NCBI GenBank assembly: GCA_965226495.1
Contig: OZ245365.1
Location: 416,001-480,000, forward strand
Source: Candidatus Marinacidobacterales bacterium
GTDB taxonomy: Bacteria > Acidobacteriota > Vicinamibacteria > Marinacidobacterales > DATDRI01
Direction: 5' to 3'
DNA length: 64,000 nucleotides
Shown: positions 1-16,868 of the stretch, one piece after another
Layout of the letters: every line of letters begins with the position of its first letter
Position numbering within the stretch: the stretch's first letter is position 1
Position numbers and translations under genes: made by a program
The notes under the pieces: model-generated
Database searches by the model: none
Seen by the model: the letters and a program-made list of their open reading frames with translations, nothing else
Told to the model about the DNA's origin: nothing

Positions 1-2967
1 TCCCGTTCGCTCTTCAAGGGAATGTTTTTCAACCCGCAGAAATACGACTTCTCACGAGTGGGAAGGCTCAAGCTCAACACCAAGCTGGGTCTGGAGGGAA
101 GCCTCGACCAGCGACTGCTCGAGCCCGCCGATTTCTTCGAGGTCATCAAGTATCTCCTGAGGCTCCAGAAGAATGTCGGGTCGGTGGATGACATCGACCA
201 CCTGGGTAACCGGCGCGTGCGATCGGTCGGTGAGCTCTTGGAGAACCAGTTCCGCATCGGTCTGGTACGGATGGAGCGAGCCATCAAAGAGAAGATGAGC
301 GTCTATCAGGAGATGGCCACCGCCATGCCTCATGACCTCATCAACGCCAAACCGGTCATGGCCGCGGTCAGGGAGTTCTTCGGATCTTCCCAGCTGTCGC
401 AGTTCATGGACCAGACGAACCCGCTTTCGGAGGTTACCCATAAGCGACGCCTGTCAGCATTGGGCCCAGGTGGACTTTCGAGAGAGCGCGCGGGGTTCGA
501 GGTTCGCGACGTTCACCCGACCCACTACGGGCGGATCTGTCCCATCGAGACCCCAGAAGGTCCGAACATCGGTTTGATCAGCTCGCTTGCCTGCTTTGCC
601 CGCATCAACGAGTACGGTTTCATCGAGAGTCCTTACAAGATGGTCAAGGACGGCCGTGTACTCGATCATGTAAAGGTGATGGTCACCGGGGATTCCTCGT
701 TCAAGGTCGGCGAGGTCATCGAGCAGTCGGCTCTTGATAAGGAGAACAACAAGGTTTCGCGCGAGGGCAAACGGGTGGCGGAGGCCGAACCGCATGGTTT
801 CTACCTCTCCGCTTGGGAGGAAGATCGCTATGTGATTGCCCAGGCCAATGCCAAGGTCGATGACCGTGGCCGTCTGGAGTCGGATCGGATCAACTGTCGC
901 CAAGCGGGCAACTTCATTCTTGCTCCTCGCGAGCAGGTCAATTGCATCGATGTCTCGCCCAAGCAGTTGGTTTCCGTGGCGGCATCTCTGATTCCGTTTC
1001 TCGAGAACGACGACGCCAACCGCGCCTTGATGGGCTCTAACATGCAGCGGCAGGCCGTTCCTCTTCTGCGCGCTGAGGCGCCTTTCGTCGGAACGGGGAT
1101 GGAATATGTCACCGCCCGCGACAGTGGGGCGGTAGTTGTATGTCGACGCAGTGGAATCATCGACTCGGTGGACTCGCGGCGCATCATCGTTCGCATCGAG
1201 GGCGAGGGAACGAACAAGCGGGGCAAGGAGATCGGCGCCGACATCTACAATCTCACGAAGTTCAAACGGTCGAACCAGAACACCTGCATGAACCAGCGCC
1301 CGATCATCAAGGTCGGCGACAAGGTGGAAAAGGGCCAGGTTATTGCGGACGGCCCCTGCACCGACCAGGGTGAGTTGGCTCTGGGGCGCAACATTCTAGT
1401 GGCCTTCATGCCTTGGCGCGGCTACAACTTCGAAGACGCGATCTTGGTCTCGGAGAAACTGGTCAAGGCTGACGCCTACACCTCGATCCACATCGAGGAG
1501 TTCGACACCGAAGCCCGCGACACTAAGCTCGGACCGGAGGAGATCACTCGCGACATCCCCAATGTCTCGGAAGGCTTCCTGTCCAACTTGGACGAGTCGG
1601 GCATCATCCGCGTCGGCGCCTATGTGAAACCAGGCGATATCCTCGTGGGCAAGGTCACTCCTAAGGGTGAAACCCAGCTCACGCCAGAAGAAAAACTGCT
1701 GCGTGCCATCTTCGGTGAGAAGGCGGGTGACGTCAGGGATGCCTCCCTCACGTGTCCACCGGGCATCGAAGGGATCGTGGTGGACGTGAAGATCTTCTCC
1801 CGCAAGGGTGTGGAAAAGGACGAGCGGGCGAAGGCGATCGAGGCGGACGATTTGGGGTTGCTCGAGAAGAACCTCAACGACGAGATCCGCATTCTCAAGG
1901 AGGAGCGGAACAAGAGAGTGATCGAGCGTCTCTCCGGCAGCACCTTGGTGGAGGACCTCGTTAACCCGCGGACGGGCGAAAAGCTTCTCACCAGGAAGAC
2001 CAAACTGACTAAGGACGTCTTACGTGATCTGAAGCCGGGCTACTTGGGCCTTTTGGAGACCGATGTCTCCGTCGATATCCTGGACGAGATCCAGGAGATC
2101 GAAGACAAGACCGAGCGGCAGGTCGAGGTTCTCAAAGCGCTTTTCGACGAGCGCATGAATCGTCTCCAGAAGGGTGACGAGCTGCCACCCGGCGTTATCA
2201 AGATGGTCAAGGTCTACGTGGCCATGAAGCGCAAGCTGTCGGTCGGTGACAAAATGGCGGGACGACACGGCAACAAAGGTGTCATCGCCAGAATTGTCCC
2301 CGAAGAGGACATGCCCTACCTTCCCGACGGGACTCCGGTCGAGGTGGTCCTCAACCCGCTCGGCGTGCCTTCGCGTATGAACGTCGGGCAGATCTTGGAG
2401 ACCCACCTTGGTTGGGCTGGCAAGATACTCGGAAAATACTTTGCTACCCCGGTTTTCGACGGCGCTTCCGAGGCTCAGATCAAGGAGTTCCTGACCGAGG
2501 CGAACGACGGTGAGTCGTCGCACGGGGCCTTGAGACCCAATGTTCTGGAGGGTGGCAAGACCCTGCTCTATGACGGTATGAACGGCGAGCCGTTCGAGCA
2601 GGACGTCACCATTGGATACATCTATATGCTCAAGCTGTCCCATCTCGTCGACGACAAGATGCACGCCCGCAGCATCGGACCATACAGCCTAATCACCCAG
2701 CAGCCGTTGGGTGGCAAGGCGCAGTTTGGTGGGCAACGGTTCGGTGAAATGGAGGTTTGGGCGCTGGAGGCCTACGGTGCTGCGCACACCTTGCAAGAGC
2801 TGCTCACCGCCAAGTCAGATGACGTGTACGGTCGAGCAAAAATCTACGAGGCGATCGTCAAGGGCGACACCTCGTTTGCTCCAGGGCTCCCCGAATCGTT
2901 CAACGTTCTCATTCGGGAGTTGCAGAGCCTCTGTTTGGATGTCGAGTTACTAAAGACGAAAGATTGA
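1..2967 (+). CDS. rpoB: RNA polymerase beta subunit (5' end outside window)
   Basis: [21 protein letters not shown] and [17 protein letters not shown] motifs; frame open from base 1. Confidence 0.99.
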   Translation, partial: SRSLFKGMFFNPQKYDFSRVGRLKLNTKLGLEGSLDQRLLEPADFFEVIKYLLRLQKNVGSVDDIDHLGNRRVRSVGELLENQFRIGLVRMERAIKEKMSVYQEMATAMPHDLINAKPVMAAVREFFGSSQLSQFMDQTNPLSEVTHKRRLSALGPGGLSRERAGFEVRDVHPTHYGRICPIETPEGPNIGLISSLACFARINEYGFIESPYKMVKDGRVLDHVKVMVTGDSSFKVGEVIEQSALDKENNKVSREGKRVAEAEPHGFYLSAWEEDRYVIAQANAKVDDRGRLESDRINCRQAGNFILAPREQVNCIDVSPKQLVSVAASLIPFLENDDANRALMGSNMQRQAVPLLRAEAPFVGTGMEYVTARDSGAVVVCRRSGIIDSVDSRRIIVRIEGEGTNKRGKEIGADIYNLTKFKRSNQNTCMNQRPIIKVGDKVEKGQVIADGPCTDQGELALGRNILVAFMPWRGYNFEDAILVSEKLVKADAYTSIHIEEFDTEARDTKLGPEEITRDIPNVSEGFLSNLDESGIIRVGAYVKPGDILVGKVTPKGETQLTPEEKLLRAIFGEKAGDVRDASLTCPPGIEGIVVDVKIFSRKGVEKDERAKAIEADDLGLLEKNLNDEIRILKEERNKRVIERLSGSTLVEDLVNPRTGEKLLTRKTKLTKDVLRDLKPGYLGLLETDVSVDILDEIQEIEDKTERQVEVLKALFDERMNRLQKGDELPPGVIKMVKVYVAMKRKLSVGDKMAGRHGNKGVIARIVPEEDMPYLPDGTPVEVVLNPLGVPSRMNVGQILETHLGWAGKILGKYFATPVFDGASEAQIKEFLTEANDGESSHGALRPNVLEGGKTLLYDGMNGEPFEQDVTIGYIYMLKLSHLVDDKMHARSIGPYSLITQQPLGGKAQFGGQRFGEMEVWALEAYGAAHTLQELLTAKSDDVYGRAKIYEAIVKGDTSFAPGLPESFNVLIRELQSLCLDVELLKTKD

Positions 2968-3016
2968 ACGCCACAGTACCCCAGGTAATGGAAAGACAGG
3001 ACAGGAGGATATACTC

Positions 3017-7231
<4,215 letters not shown>

Positions 7232-7349
7232 GTGCTAAGGGCACGGCACTCTGCGCGAGGAGCCATCAGCTGGCCCGAAGATGCCGAAAAAGCCGCTCTG
7301 GGCGCGGGAAATCGACCCGGAGCGGGCGCAACTTGTTATGGAAGAATCC

Positions 7350-7378
7350 TTGACAGGCTTTAACGGCCCTGCTAGACT
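7350..7378 (+). promoter_or_regulatory. sigma70-type promoter of the str/S10 superoperon
   Basis: TTGACA-N17-TAGACT with extended -10 TG, about 90 bp upstream of rpsL. Confidence 0.75.
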
Positions 7379-7469
7379 CGTCAGGTTGTGCTCTTGCAGG
7401 GCCGCCGGCCCTGCATTGCTATCTCTGGGCGGCTCAACAGCTTAAGGGAAATTACGGGAGTAGAAACTT

Positions 7470-7844
7470 TTGCCAACAATCAGTCAGCTGGTCCGCAAGG
7501 GCCGTAAGAAGCTGAGCTCGAAGACCGACAGCCCGGCACTCCAGGGGAGTCCGCAAAAGCGTGGCGTGTGTGTCCGTGTCTTTATCTCGACCCCCAAGAA
7601 GCCGAACTCGGCCCTTCGGAAAGTGGCAAGAGTAAGACTGACGAACGGAATCGAAGTGACGACGTACATTCCCGGGATTGGGCATAACCTGCAGGAGCAC
7701 TCGATCGTCTTGATTCGTGGCGGTCGTGTGAAGGATCTCCCTGGGGTTCGCTACCACGTCGTCCGTGGCGCATTAGACGCAGTTGGCGTTCAGGATAGGA
7801 AAAACGGCCGCTCCAAATACGGTGCCAAGCGGCCCAAAGCGTAA
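7470..7844 (+). CDS. rpsL: 30S ribosomal protein S12
   Basis: [10 protein letters not shown] and [12 protein letters not shown]; TTG start. Confidence 0.99.
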   Translation: MPTISQLVRKGRKKLSSKTDSPALQGSPQKRGVCVRVFISTPKKPNSALRKVARVRLTNGIEVTTYIPGIGHNLQEHSIVLIRGGRVKDLPGVRYHVVRGALDAVGVQDRKNGRSKYGAKRPKA

Positions 7845-7867
7845 AGAAGTTTTGAGAGTTTCGGCCA

Positions 7868-8338
7868 ATGCCTAGACGAAGAGAAGTACCGAAGGCTGAA
7901 GTCAACGCGGACGCACTCTACAACAGTGTGCTTGTCTCGAAGTTCATCAACGTCGTGATGAAGGAGGGCAAGAAAAGCACCGCCGAGACGATTGTTTATC
8001 GCGCCTTCGACAAGATGCGCGAACGTGCCGATGAGGATCCGCTCAAGCTCTTCAAGAAGGCGGTCGACAACGTTCGGCCGTCGCTCGAGGTAAAGAGCCG
8101 CCGCGTGGGAGGCAGCAACTATCAAGTCCCCGTGGAGGTGAGGGTCGAGCGTCGGACATCACTTTCCCTGCGCTGGCTCGTGAATCAGGCACGCAACCGG
8201 CCCGAAAAGACGATGATCGAGAAGTTGGCTGGCGAGTTGCTCGACGCGGCCAATAACCGAGGCGGCGCAGTTAAGAAAAGAGAAGACACCCACCGGATGG
8301 CAGAGGCTAACAAGGCTTTTGCTCACTACCGCTGGTAG
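7868..8338 (+). CDS. rpsG: 30S ribosomal protein S7
   Basis: [11 protein letters not shown] and [13 protein letters not shown]. Confidence 0.99.
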   Translation: MPRRREVPKAEVNADALYNSVLVSKFINVVMKEGKKSTAETIVYRAFDKMRERADEDPLKLFKKAVDNVRPSLEVKSRRVGGSNYQVPVEVRVERRTSLSLRWLVNQARNRPEKTMIEKLAGELLDAANNRGGAVKKREDTHRMAEANKAFAHYRW

Positions 8339-8450
8339 CCAGCGGACCGGAAACATTAGAGCTCGGTGTCGTCCGGACCTCCCGAATCCGGCGGCGAACG
8401 GGCTTTTGAGGCCAGAGACGGGATATCCGTTCCTATAGAAGCAGTGTCCT

Positions 8451-10529
8451 ATGCCTAGATTAGTTCCTTTAACCAAGACGCGTAACATCGGCATCATGGC
8501 GCACATCGATGCGGGGAAGACGACTACCACCGAGCGCGTCCTGTACTACACCGGTATTACCCACAGGCTCGGTGAAGTGCACGAGGGCACGGCCACTATG
8601 GACTGGATGGAGCAGGAGCAGGAAAGGGGTATCACCATTACCTCGGCTGCTACCACCAGCTTCTGGCGCGACTACCGGATCAACATTATCGATACCCCAG
8701 GTCACGTCGACTTCACCGCGGAGGTAGAACGGTCCTTGAGGGTGCTGGACGGGGCGGTCGCCGTTTTCTGTGCCGTAGGTGGGGTCGAGCCCCAGTCGGA
8801 GACCGTCTGGCGGCAGGCGGATCGGTACCAAGTACCGCGCATTGCTCTCGTCAACAAGATGGACCGCACGGGGGCTGACTTCCAACACGCGGTAGAGATG
8901 ATGCGGACACGATTGGCGGCCAACGCGATTCCAATCCAGCTGCCCATCGGGGCGGAAGAGAACTTTGCGGGTGTCATCGACCTCATCAGTATGAAGGCGG
9001 TGCGCTACCTCGACGAGACACGCGGCGCAGAGTTCACCGTAGAAGAGATATCCGAGGATCACCTTGAGGCTGCGAAGGCCGCGCGGGACAAGCTTATCGA
9101 GGCCGTGAGCGAAGTTGACGACCACCTCATGGAACGTTACATCGAGGGAAAGACCGCCTCCAATGAGGAGATCGCGGCCGCCCTGCGCAAGGCAACCATC
9201 AGTCTCCAAATCGTGCCAGTTTTGTGCGGCTCCGCCTTCAAGAATAAGGGGATCCAACCTTTGCTGGATGCGGTGGTGGATTACCTCCCGTCCCCAGTCG
9301 ATGTTCCGGCGATCGTCGGCATCGATCCGGAAAAGGACGCAGAAGTGGAGAGAGCGGCTAATGACGACGCTCCTTTCTCCGGTTTGGTGTTCAAGATTCT
9401 CACCGATCCATTCGTCGGGCAGTTGGCCTTTTTCCGCGTCTACTCCGGGGTCTTGAAAAGTGGCTCATACGTTCTCAACGCGACGCGTGACAGCCGCGAA
9501 CGCATCGGACGAATCCTCAAGATGCACGCGAACAAGCGCGAGGACATCAAAGAAGTCTATGCCGGTGACATTGCCGCCGCGGTCGGCCTGAAAAGTGTTC
9601 AAACTGGCGACACGATCTGTGACCAGGACCATCCCGTCGTTCTGGAGTCGATGGAGTTTCCCGAACCGGTCATCTCGGTGGTCATCGAGCCCAAGACCAA
9701 GGTGGATCAGGAAAAACTAGGATTGGCCCTAGGCAAGCTCACTCAGGAAGATCCGACCTTCAAAGTCTTTAACGATCAGGAGACAAGCCAAACCATCATT
9801 AGCGGCATGGGAGAGCTTCACCTCGAGATCGTCGTCGACCGATTGCTCCGCGAATTCAACGTGGCCGCCAACGTCGGCAAGCCACAGGTCGCCTATAAAG
9901 AGACGATTCGCAAGAGTGTCAAAGCGGAAGGTCGCTACGTCCGTCAGACGGGAGGTCGTGGCCAGTTCGGTCACGTCAGGATCGAGATCGAGCCGATTCC
10001 GGGGCAGAAGTTCGAGTTCGCGAACGTTATTCGTGGTGGGTCCATTCCGCGCGAGTACATTTCGTCGATCGAGGCGGGCATCGTGGAAGCGATGGAGCAT
10101 GGCATCCTCGCCGGCTATCCGATGGTAGACATCAAGGTGAACCTCTACGACGGTTCCTACCATGAGGTGGATAGCTCGGAAATGGCATTCAAGATTGCTG
10201 GCTCCATGGCTTTCAAGGAGGCGGCTCGCAGTGCCGATCCAGTCCTCCTCGAGCCGATCATGCAGGTGGAAGTCGTGGTTCCAGAAGACTATATGGGTGA
10301 GGTCATTAACGATCTCAATTCCCGTCGGGGTCGCGTGACCGGCATGTCCGCCCGCAATAATACCCAAATCATTGGTGCCAACGTCCCGCTCGCCGAGATG
10401 TTTGGCTATGCCACCGATCTTCGTTCCGCCACCCAGGGACGCGCTACCTACACGATGCACTTCGCTGAGTATCAGGAAGCGCCCAAGCAAGTGGGCGAGG
10501 AAGTCGTAGCCAAGGTGCAAGGCCGTTAG
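8451..10529 (+). CDS. fusA: Elongation factor G
   Basis: [27 protein letters not shown]; position in str operon. Confidence 0.99.
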   Translation: MPRLVPLTKTRNIGIMAHIDAGKTTTTERVLYYTGITHRLGEVHEGTATMDWMEQEQERGITITSAATTSFWRDYRINIIDTPGHVDFTAEVERSLRVLDGAVAVFCAVGGVEPQSETVWRQADRYQVPRIALVNKMDRTGADFQHAVEMMRTRLAANAIPIQLPIGAEENFAGVIDLISMKAVRYLDETRGAEFTVEEISEDHLEAAKAARDKLIEAVSEVDDHLMERYIEGKTASNEEIAAALRKATISLQIVPVLCGSAFKNKGIQPLLDAVVDYLPSPVDVPAIVGIDPEKDAEVERAANDDAPFSGLVFKILTDPFVGQLAFFRVYSGVLKSGSYVLNATRDSRERIGRILKMHANKREDIKEVYAGDIAAAVGLKSVQTGDTICDQDHPVVLESMEFPEPVISVVIEPKTKVDQEKLGLALGKLTQEDPTFKVFNDQETSQTIISGMGELHLEIVVDRLLREFNVAANVGKPQVAYKETIRKSVKAEGRYVRQTGGRGQFGHVRIEIEPIPGQKFEFANVIRGGSIPREYISSIEAGIVEAMEHGILAGYPMVDIKVNLYDGSYHEVDSSEMAFKIAGSMAFKEAARSADPVLLEPIMQVEVVVPEDYMGEVINDLNSRRGRVTGMSARNNTQIIGANVPLAEMFGYATDLRSATQGRATYTMHFAEYQEAPKQVGEEVVAKVQGR

Positions 10530-10617
10530 GTGACTACATTGCCGGACATATACCCACGCCTAAAGACGACAAAAAAGATGACCACGAAAAACGACCGATA
10601 AGGAGCAATAGGGAGTC

Positions 10618-11817
10618 ATGGCGAAGGAGAAATTTGATCGAAGTAAGCCGCATGTAAACGTGGGGACGATTGGGCATGTGGACCACGGTAAGACGACGTT
10701 GACGGCGGCGATAACGAAGGTCCTGCATAGCAAGGACGACAAAGTGTCGTTCCGGAGCTTCGACTCGATCGACAACGCTCCTGAAGAGCGAGAGCGAGGG
10801 ATCACGATCGCGACGGCGCACGTGGAGTACACGACGGATAACCGTCACTACGCGCACGTGGACTGCCCGGGCCATGCGGACTATGTGAAGAACATGATTA
10901 CGGGAGCGGCTCAGATGGACGGAGCGATCCTGGTGGTGTCGGCGGCTGACGGGCCAATGCCGCAGACGCGGGAGCACATATTGTTGGCGCGTCAGGTAGG
11001 AGTGCCCTTCATCGTGGTGTTTTTGAACAAGACGGATGCGGTGGACGATCCGGAGCTGTTGGACTTAGTGGAGCTCGAGGTCCGGGAGTTATTGACGCAA
11101 TACGAATTCCCTGGAGACGACATTCCGATCATACGTGGAAGTGCACTAAAGGCGTTGGAGGGAAGCGGAGAGCCAGGGGCGGAAGAGAGCAAGTCGATCA
11201 TGGAACTGATGGCGGCTCTGGACGATTACGTGCCGCTGCCGGAGCGAGACATCGACAAGCCGTTCCTGATGCCGATCGAGGACGTGTTCTCGATTTCTGG
11301 TCGTGGGACGGTGGTGACGGGTCGTGTGGACCGTGGCAAGGTGAAGGTGAGTGAAGAGATCGAGATCGTCGGCATCCAGGAGACGCGCAAGCGTGTAGTG
11401 ACGGGAGTGGAGATGTTCAAGAAGCTCCTGGACGAAGGGATGGCGGGGGACAACATAGGTGTTTTGCTTCGCGGGACGGAGAAGGACGAAGTGGAGAGAG
11501 GTATGGTGCTGGCCAAGCCTGGCTCGATCAAGCCGCACACGAAGTTTAAAGGAGCGGTCTACGTTCTGACGAAGGAAGAGGGAGGACGTCACACGCCGTT
11601 TTTCACGGGATATCGTCCGCAGTTCTATTTTCGTACGACGGACGTGACGGGAGTGGCGTCGTTGTCGAGTGGAGTGGAGATGGTGATGCCGGGCGACAAC
11701 ACGGACCTAGAGATTGAGATGATCACCCCCATCGCCATGGAGAAGGGACTGCGTTTCGCGATTCGCGAGGGCGGTCGTACGGTGGGTGCCGGCACCATCA
11801 CCGATATCATCGAGTGA
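10618..11817 (+). CDS. tuf: Elongation factor Tu
   Basis: [34 protein letters not shown]. Confidence 0.99.
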   Translation: MAKEKFDRSKPHVNVGTIGHVDHGKTTLTAAITKVLHSKDDKVSFRSFDSIDNAPEERERGITIATAHVEYTTDNRHYAHVDCPGHADYVKNMITGAAQMDGAILVVSAADGPMPQTREHILLARQVGVPFIVVFLNKTDAVDDPELLDLVELEVRELLTQYEFPGDDIPIIRGSALKALEGSGEPGAEESKSIMELMAALDDYVPLPERDIDKPFLMPIEDVFSISGRGTVVTGRVDRGKVKVSEEIEIVGIQETRKRVVTGVEMFKKLLDEGMAGDNIGVLLRGTEKDEVERGMVLAKPGSIKPHTKFKGAVYVLTKEEGGRHTPFFTGYRPQFYFRTTDVTGVASLSSGVEMVMPGDNTDLEIEMITPIAMEKGLRFAIREGGRTVGAGTITDIIE

Positions 11818-11861
11818 AGACTAGAGACAGAGGCTAGCGGTCAGGAACCGAGTAGGAGACT

Positions 11862-12197
11862 ATGGCAGCAATAAGTGAAAAAATTCGAATTCGGCTTAAG
11901 GCGTACGACCATCGCATCCTCGACCAGTCCACGCACGAGATCGTAGAAACGGCGAAGCGCACCGGAGCGCGGATCGCGGGGCCGATTCCATTGCCCACGG
12001 TAAAGAACAAGTGGACCGTTCTTCGCTCGCCGCACGTCGATAAGAAATCGCGTGAACAGTTCGAAGTTCGCACCCACAAGCGGTTGCTGGACATCTTCGA
12101 GCCCACGCCACAGACCGTAGACGCTCTCATGCGCCTCGACCTCCCGGCCGGCGTGGATGTGGAAATCAAGGCCTTCGGGAAGGAGCATTCCAAGTAG
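11862..12197 (+). CDS. rpsJ: 30S ribosomal protein S10
   Basis: [31 protein letters not shown]. Confidence 0.99.
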   Translation: MAAISEKIRIRLKAYDHRILDQSTHEIVETAKRTGARIAGPIPLPTVKNKWTVLRSPHVDKKSREQFEVRTHKRLLDIFEPTPQTVDALMRLDLPAGVDVEIKAFGKEHSK

Positions 12198-12220
12198 TTT
12201 CCGCCCGACTTCGTGACAGG

Positions 12221-12250
12221 CCAGACTAGACCAGACTAGACCAGACTAGA
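12221..12250 (+). repeat. 10-bp tandem repeat (CCAGACTAGA x3)
   Basis: Three perfect copies in the rpsJ-rplC spacer. Confidence 0.9.
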
Positions 12251-12261
12251 AAAGAGCAGCT

Positions 12262-12888
12262 ATGCCAAACGGAATCATCGGTAAGAAGATCGGCATCACG
12301 CAGCGTTTTGCTGCGGATGGTTCGGTGATCCCGCTCACTGTGGTGCAAGCCGGCCCCTGTGTCGTCGTGCAACGGAAGACCAAGGAGCGAGACGGCTACG
12401 ATGCCATTCAACTTGGTCTGGTGGAACCGGGTCGGAAGCTTCATACGAACAAACCAATGGAAGGGCACTTCAAGAAGGCTTCGGTGGCGCCTGTGAAAGT
12501 GCTGCGTGAGTTTCGAGTCGCGCCGGATGAAGAGTTGAAAGTGGGGGAGTCGGTTAAGGCTACGATGTTCACTCCTGCCGAACGAGTGAATGTCAGTGGG
12601 GTGAGTAAAGGCAAAGGGTTCGCCGGCGTGATGAAGCGTCATCACTTTGCTGGAGGTCGCGCCTCACATGGATCGATGTTTCACCGCGCTCCCGGTTCCA
12701 TCGGCCAATCGTCCTATCCGTCCAAGGTGATGAAGGGAATGAGAGCCCCCGGACACATGGGGCAGGAGCGAGTCACCGTAAAAAACCTTCAAGTAGTGGA
12801 AGTCAGTGAGGAAGACAATTTGCTCTTGATCAAGGGTGCAGTACCCGGAGCCAATGGAACTTACCTCGAGATCGTCAAAGTAGGTTAA
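12262..12888 (+). CDS. rplC: 50S ribosomal protein L3
   Basis: [21 protein letters not shown]. Confidence 0.99.
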   Translation: MPNGIIGKKIGITQRFAADGSVIPLTVVQAGPCVVVQRKTKERDGYDAIQLGLVEPGRKLHTNKPMEGHFKKASVAPVKVLREFRVAPDEELKVGESVKATMFTPAERVNVSGVSKGKGFAGVMKRHHFAGGRASHGSMFHRAPGSIGQSSYPSKVMKGMRAPGHMGQERVTVKNLQVVEVSEEDNLLLIKGAVPGANGTYLEIVKVG

Positions 12889-12893
12889 CTCCC

Positions 12894-13520
12894 ATGCCGA
12901 CCGTACCGCTAATAGACATCGCCGGTAAGAACCGCAGCGAGCGGATTTTGAGTGACGTCGTTTTTGGCGTCAAGCCAAACCGCCATCTTCTATACGAAGC
13001 GGTGAAACAGTTTCGCGCCGGGCAGCGACGCGGTACGCACTCAACCAAGACTCGCGGGCTCGTTTCGGGTGGTGGAAAAAAACCTTGGCGGCAGAAGGGT
13101 ACCGGCCGCGCTCGGGTTGGCAGCAACCGGACGCCTATTTGGCGAGGCGGTGGAATCACTTTCGGTCCCCACCCTCGGGATTACTCGTTCAAGCTACCGG
13201 GAAAGGTTCAAAGAGGGGCGCTTCGCTCGGCTCTTTCGCTACGAGCCAGCCAAGGAGTGGTTCTGGTAATCAACGAGTTCGATCTCGAGAAACCCAGTGC
13301 CAAACGGCTACGTGCGCAGCTCGACGAGCTCGGAGCCACCAAGGGGACGTTGCTGGTCGATGTCAAACCGAACCGCGAGCTCCTGTTGTCGGCTAGAAAC
13401 CTGCCGGGAGTGGAAGTGCGGTCGGTGGCGGCTCTACATACTTATGAGGTTTTGGCGGCCCGACACGTTTTCCTCTCCGAGGACGCGGTCACCCACCTGG
13501 AACAGAGGCTCGGCTCATGA
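12894..13520 (+). CDS. rplD: 50S ribosomal protein L4
   Basis: GGGKKPWRQKGTGRAR. Confidence 0.99.
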   Translation: MPTVPLIDIAGKNRSERILSDVVFGVKPNRHLLYEAVKQFRAGQRRGTHSTKTRGLVSGGGKKPWRQKGTGRARVGSNRTPIWRGGGITFGPHPRDYSFKLPGKVQRGALRSALSLRASQGVVLVINEFDLEKPSAKRLRAQLDELGATKGTLLVDVKPNRELLLSARNLPGVEVRSVAALHTYEVLAARHVFLSEDAVTHLEQRLGS

Positions 13521-13807
13521 ACATGATGGACGTCATTCGGGGGCCCCTCATTACCGAGAAGGCGACCCGGCTCAAAGAAGATGGACGCACGCTTTGTTTC
13601 GAAGTCGCCACCGCGGCCAGCAAGTCCGAAATTCGCCTAGCAGTGGAAAAGTTGTTCAGTGTCAAGGTGGCCTCGGTTCGCACCGTCTCGATGCGTGGCA
13701 AGATGAAGCGCTACGGCCGATTCGAGGGGAAGCGTCCGGATTGGAAGAAAGCCTTCGTCACTCTCCGCAAGGGAGAGAAAATGATCGAGTTCTTCGAGGG
13801 GGTCTAA
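13517..13807 (+). CDS. rplW: 50S ribosomal protein L23
   Basis: PLITEK and WKKAFVTL; synteny. Confidence 0.98.
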   Translation: MNMMDVIRGPLITEKATRLKEDGRTLCFEVATAASKSEIRLAVEKLFSVKVASVRTVSMRGKMKRYGRFEGKRPDWKKAFVTLRKGEKMIEFFEGV

Positions 13808-13813
13808 CAAGCT

Positions 13814-14641
13814 ATGGGTGTGAAGAAGTTCAGCCCCACGTCGCCGGGACGGCGGTTCTTCACGGTTCAAACGTTCGAGGAGCTGACCACCGAGCGACCT
13901 CTCAAATCGTTGACCGAGTCCAAAAAAAGGACTGGTGGGCGCAACTCTGCCGGGCGGACGACGTCATGGTTTCGCGGGGGGGGCCACAAGCGTCGATACC
14001 GGGTCATCGATTTCAAGCGAGACAAAGAGGGAGTGCCGGCGAAAGTGGCGGCGATAGAGTATGACCCCAACCGGTCGGCCAGGATCGCGCGCTTACATTA
14101 TGCGGATGGGGAAAAGCGCTACATCTTGCAACCCACGGGACTGGAAGTCGGAGCGATGGTTGTTTCGAGTAGCACGGCCGATATTCTTCCCGGCAATTGC
14201 TTGCCCATCGAGTCCATTCCTCTGGGGACGATCATTCACAATGTGGAGCTCAAGCCGGGTAAGGGCGGACAGATGGCCCGCAGCGCGGGCGCCAGCGTGC
14301 AGCTGGTTGCGAAGGAAGGTGACTATGCCCACGTGAAACTTCCTTCCGGGGAGGTCCGAAGGGTTCATCGGCGCTGCCGGGCGACGATTGGGCAGGTGGG
14401 TAACCTCGATCACGAGAACATTACTTATGGCAAGGCGGGTCGCAGGCGTTGGCTGGGACGACGTCCACATAACCGCGGCGTGACCATGAATCCAGTGGAC
14501 CATCCCCATGGCGGAGGGGAAGGCCGGACGGCGGGAGGCCGACATCCCTCGACTCCTTGGGGAGTTCCGACCAAGGGCTATAAGACCCGTAACAACAAAC
14601 GCACGGACGATTTCATCATCCGTCGCCGTCGTCAAAAATGA
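13814..14641 (+). CDS. rplB: 50S ribosomal protein L2
   Basis: [21 protein letters not shown]. Confidence 0.99.
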   Translation: MGVKKFSPTSPGRRFFTVQTFEELTTERPLKSLTESKKRTGGRNSAGRTTSWFRGGGHKRRYRVIDFKRDKEGVPAKVAAIEYDPNRSARIARLHYADGEKRYILQPTGLEVGAMVVSSSTADILPGNCLPIESIPLGTIIHNVELKPGKGGQMARSAGASVQLVAKEGDYAHVKLPSGEVRRVHRRCRATIGQVGNLDHENITYGKAGRRRWLGRRPHNRGVTMNPVDHPHGGGEGRTAGGRHPSTPWGVPTKGYKTRNNKRTDDFIIRRRRQK

Positions 14642-14662
14642 ATTTGGTGTAGGAAAAACGCA

Positions 14663-14965
14663 ATGACTAGATCGTTAAAAAAAGGTGCTTTTGTTGACGA
14701 TAGCCTCATGAAGAAGCTCGACCACATGAACCAGCGGGGCGAGAAGAAAGTGATCAAGACCTGGTCACGTCGCTCGACCGTTACTCCGGACATGGTCGGC
14801 CACACGCTCGCCGTTCACAACGGGAAGAAGTTTATTCCGGTTTACTGCACCGAGAACATGGTGGGTCACAAACTGGGTGAGTTCTCGCCGACCAGAATCT
14901 TCCGCGGCCACACGACGAAGGCGGAGAAGGCGGCGCAGGTAGCTGCTGCCAGTAAGTCTAAATAA
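14663..14965 (+). CDS. rpsS: 30S ribosomal protein S19
   Basis: [20 protein letters not shown]. Confidence 0.99.
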   Translation: MTRSLKKGAFVDDSLMKKLDHMNQRGEKKVIKTWSRRSTVTPDMVGHTLAVHNGKKFIPVYCTENMVGHKLGEFSPTRIFRGHTTKAEKAAQVAAASKSK

Positions 14966-14983
14966 GGGAAGCTCGAGAGAGAG

Positions 14984-15361
14984 ATGATTCAAGCTAGAGC
15001 GACGGCCAGATTCGTTAGAGGATCGCCGCAGAAGGCGGGGTTGGTGGTCGATCTGATCCGCGGTAAACGGGCGGTCGACGCGCTGGCGATTCTCCAGCAC
15101 ACCAATAAAGCGGTTTGTAAATTAGTAGAGAAGGTTCTTCGCTCCGCCATTGCCAACGCGCAGCAGCAAGCTCTCGAAGAGGCCAAGCGTATCGACGAAG
15201 ATGATTTGGTGGTTGTCGCCGCTTATGCGAACCAGGGCCCCTCCTTCAAGAGGATTCGGCCCGCACCCATGGGTAGGGCATTTCGCATCATCCACCGGAC
15301 GACTCACCTCACCATCCAGGTGGCCGAAAAGGAAGGTACTGCGCAAGGGCAGCCAAGCTAG
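14984..15361 (+). CDS. rplV: 50S ribosomal protein L22
   Basis: SPQKAGLVVDLIRG, SAIANA; synteny. Confidence 0.98.
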   Translation: MIQARATARFVRGSPQKAGLVVDLIRGKRAVDALAILQHTNKAVCKLVEKVLRSAIANAQQQALEEAKRIDEDDLVVVAAYANQGPSFKRIRPAPMGRAFRIIHRTTHLTIQVAEKEGTAQGQPS

Positions 15362-15414
15362 GGAACGCCGCAAGGCCAAGCTAAGAGAGACCAAGACCAG
15401 CCAAGAGGAGACAA

Positions 15415-16449
15415 ATGGGACAGAAGGTTCATCCGTACGGATTCCGGCTCGGGTATAACAAGACCTGGCGTTCGCGTTGGTATGCGGAACGGGACTACGG
15501 GAAGTTGCTGCACGAGGACCTCAAGCTCAAAAGGGATCTCAAGAAGCGGTTCTCTCATGCGGGCATTTCGCGAGTGGAGATCGAGCGGGCCGCCAACAAG
15601 CTCAAGATCAATGTCCATACATCGCGGCCTGGGATCATCATTGGTCGAAAGGGAACCGAGGTCGACAAATTGAAGACCGACGTGCAGGCGAGAACCCAGC
15701 GCGAGGTCTACATCAACATCATCGAAGTACCGAAACCGGAGCTGGATGCACAGTTGGTAGCTGAGTCGATTGCACTACAGCTCGTGAAACGTATTGCCTT
15801 CCGACGTGCCATGCGAAAGGCGGTCGACTCTACGATGCGTTTCGGAGCCCGCGGCGTCAAGGTTCGTTGCTCGGGACGATTGAACGGCGCGGAAATTGCG
15901 CGGTCCGAGTGGTACCTGAACGGACAGTTGCCGCTTCACACGCTTCGCGCCGACATCGACTACGGATTTGCCGAGGCCTTTACGACCTACGGGCAGATCG
16001 GAGTCAAGTGCTGGATTTACAAGGGCGATGCGTTCCCAACCGGGCCCGCCTTCCGTGAGGGAGTGCCTGGTCGGCGCCCTCGCCCGGGTGAGCCATCTGC
16101 GCCGACTCAGAAGGTCGAGACTCCCAGGGCTGTTCAAGCTAGCCCAGCCGGCCCAGCCGGCCCAGCCGGCCCAGCCGGCCCAGCCGGCCCAGCCCAAGAC
16201 CTGCCCCGGCGACCGAACCGGCTAAGGCTAAACCAGCAAAACCGGCTGAGCCTACTCCTGCCCCTGCCGCTAAAGTTGCTAAGGAAGCGGTCGCGCCGGA
16301 AAAGGAAGCCGAGCCTGCTAGTGATGCCAAGCTTGCTAGTGACGCCAAGCCTGCTAGTGACGCCAAGCCTGATGATGATGCCAAGCCCCCTGATGGAAAA
16401 GTCGGAAAAGTCGAGTAATCCGACCAAACGGAGAACTGCCGTATGTTGA
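15415..16449 (+). CDS. rpsC: 30S ribosomal protein S3 with long C-terminal extension (true end probably 16418 after a 1-nt frameshift)
   Basis: [34 protein letters not shown]; low-complexity tail. Confidence 0.97.
   Translation: MGQKVHPYGFRLGYNKTWRSRWYAERDYGKLLHEDLKLKRDLKKRFSHAGISRVEIERAANKLKINVHTSRPGIIIGRKGTEVDKLKTDVQARTQREVYINIIEVPKPELDAQLVAESIALQLVKRIAFRRAMRKAVDSTMRFGARGVKVRCSGRLNGAEIARSEWYLNGQLPLHTLRADIDYGFAEAFTTYGQIGVKCWIYKGDAFPTGPAFREGVPGRRPRPGEPSAPTQKVETPRAVQASPAGPAGPAGPAGPAGPAQDLPRRPNRLRLNQQNRLSLLLPLPLKLLRKRSRRKRKPSLLVMPSLLVTPSLLVTPSLMMMPSPLMEKSEKSSNPTKRRTAVC
16142..16195 (+). repeat. 9-bp tandem repeat (GCCCAGCCG x6) in rpsC tail
   Basis: Five perfect copies plus one near-perfect copy. 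Confidence 0.9.
16312..16383 (+). repeat. 18-bp tandem repeat x4 in rpsC tail
   Basis: AGCCTGCTAGTGAYGCCA-like units; encode PASDAK repeats in the alternative frame. Confidence 0.85.
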
Positions 16450-16868
16450 TGCCAAAGAAGGTTAAGTTCCGCAAACAACAGCGGGGACGCATGCGTGGCA
16501 AAGCCTGGCGGGGGCATACCGTTGCGTTCGGCGACTATGGTCTCAAGGCGCTCGAGCCGTGCTGGTTGACGGATCGGCAAATCGAAGCGGCTCGCGTGGC
16601 GATCACCAGGTTCATCAAGCGCAGCGGTCGTATTTGGATCCGGGTGTTTCCGGACAAGCCGGTTACCAAGAAGCCGCAGGAAACACGAATGGGTAAGGGT
16701 AAGGGCAGCCCCGAGTTTTGGGTGGCGGTAGTGCGACCCGGACGGATCCTTTACGAGATGGAGGGGGTCCCGGAGGACGTGGCTCGCGAAGCCATGAGAC
16801 TCGCTGGTCACAAGCTTCCCATTCGCACGAAGTTCACAGCCCGGTTCGAGGAGGAGTCCAAGCGGTGA
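16443..16868 (+). CDS. rplP: 50S ribosomal protein L16
   Basis: [24 protein letters not shown]. Confidence 0.99.
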   Translation: MLMPKKVKFRKQQRGRMRGKAWRGHTVAFGDYGLKALEPCWLTDRQIEAARVAITRFIKRSGRIWIRVFPDKPVTKKPQETRMGKGKGSPEFWVAVVRPGRILYEMEGVPEDVAREAMRLAGHKLPIRTKFTARFEEESKR

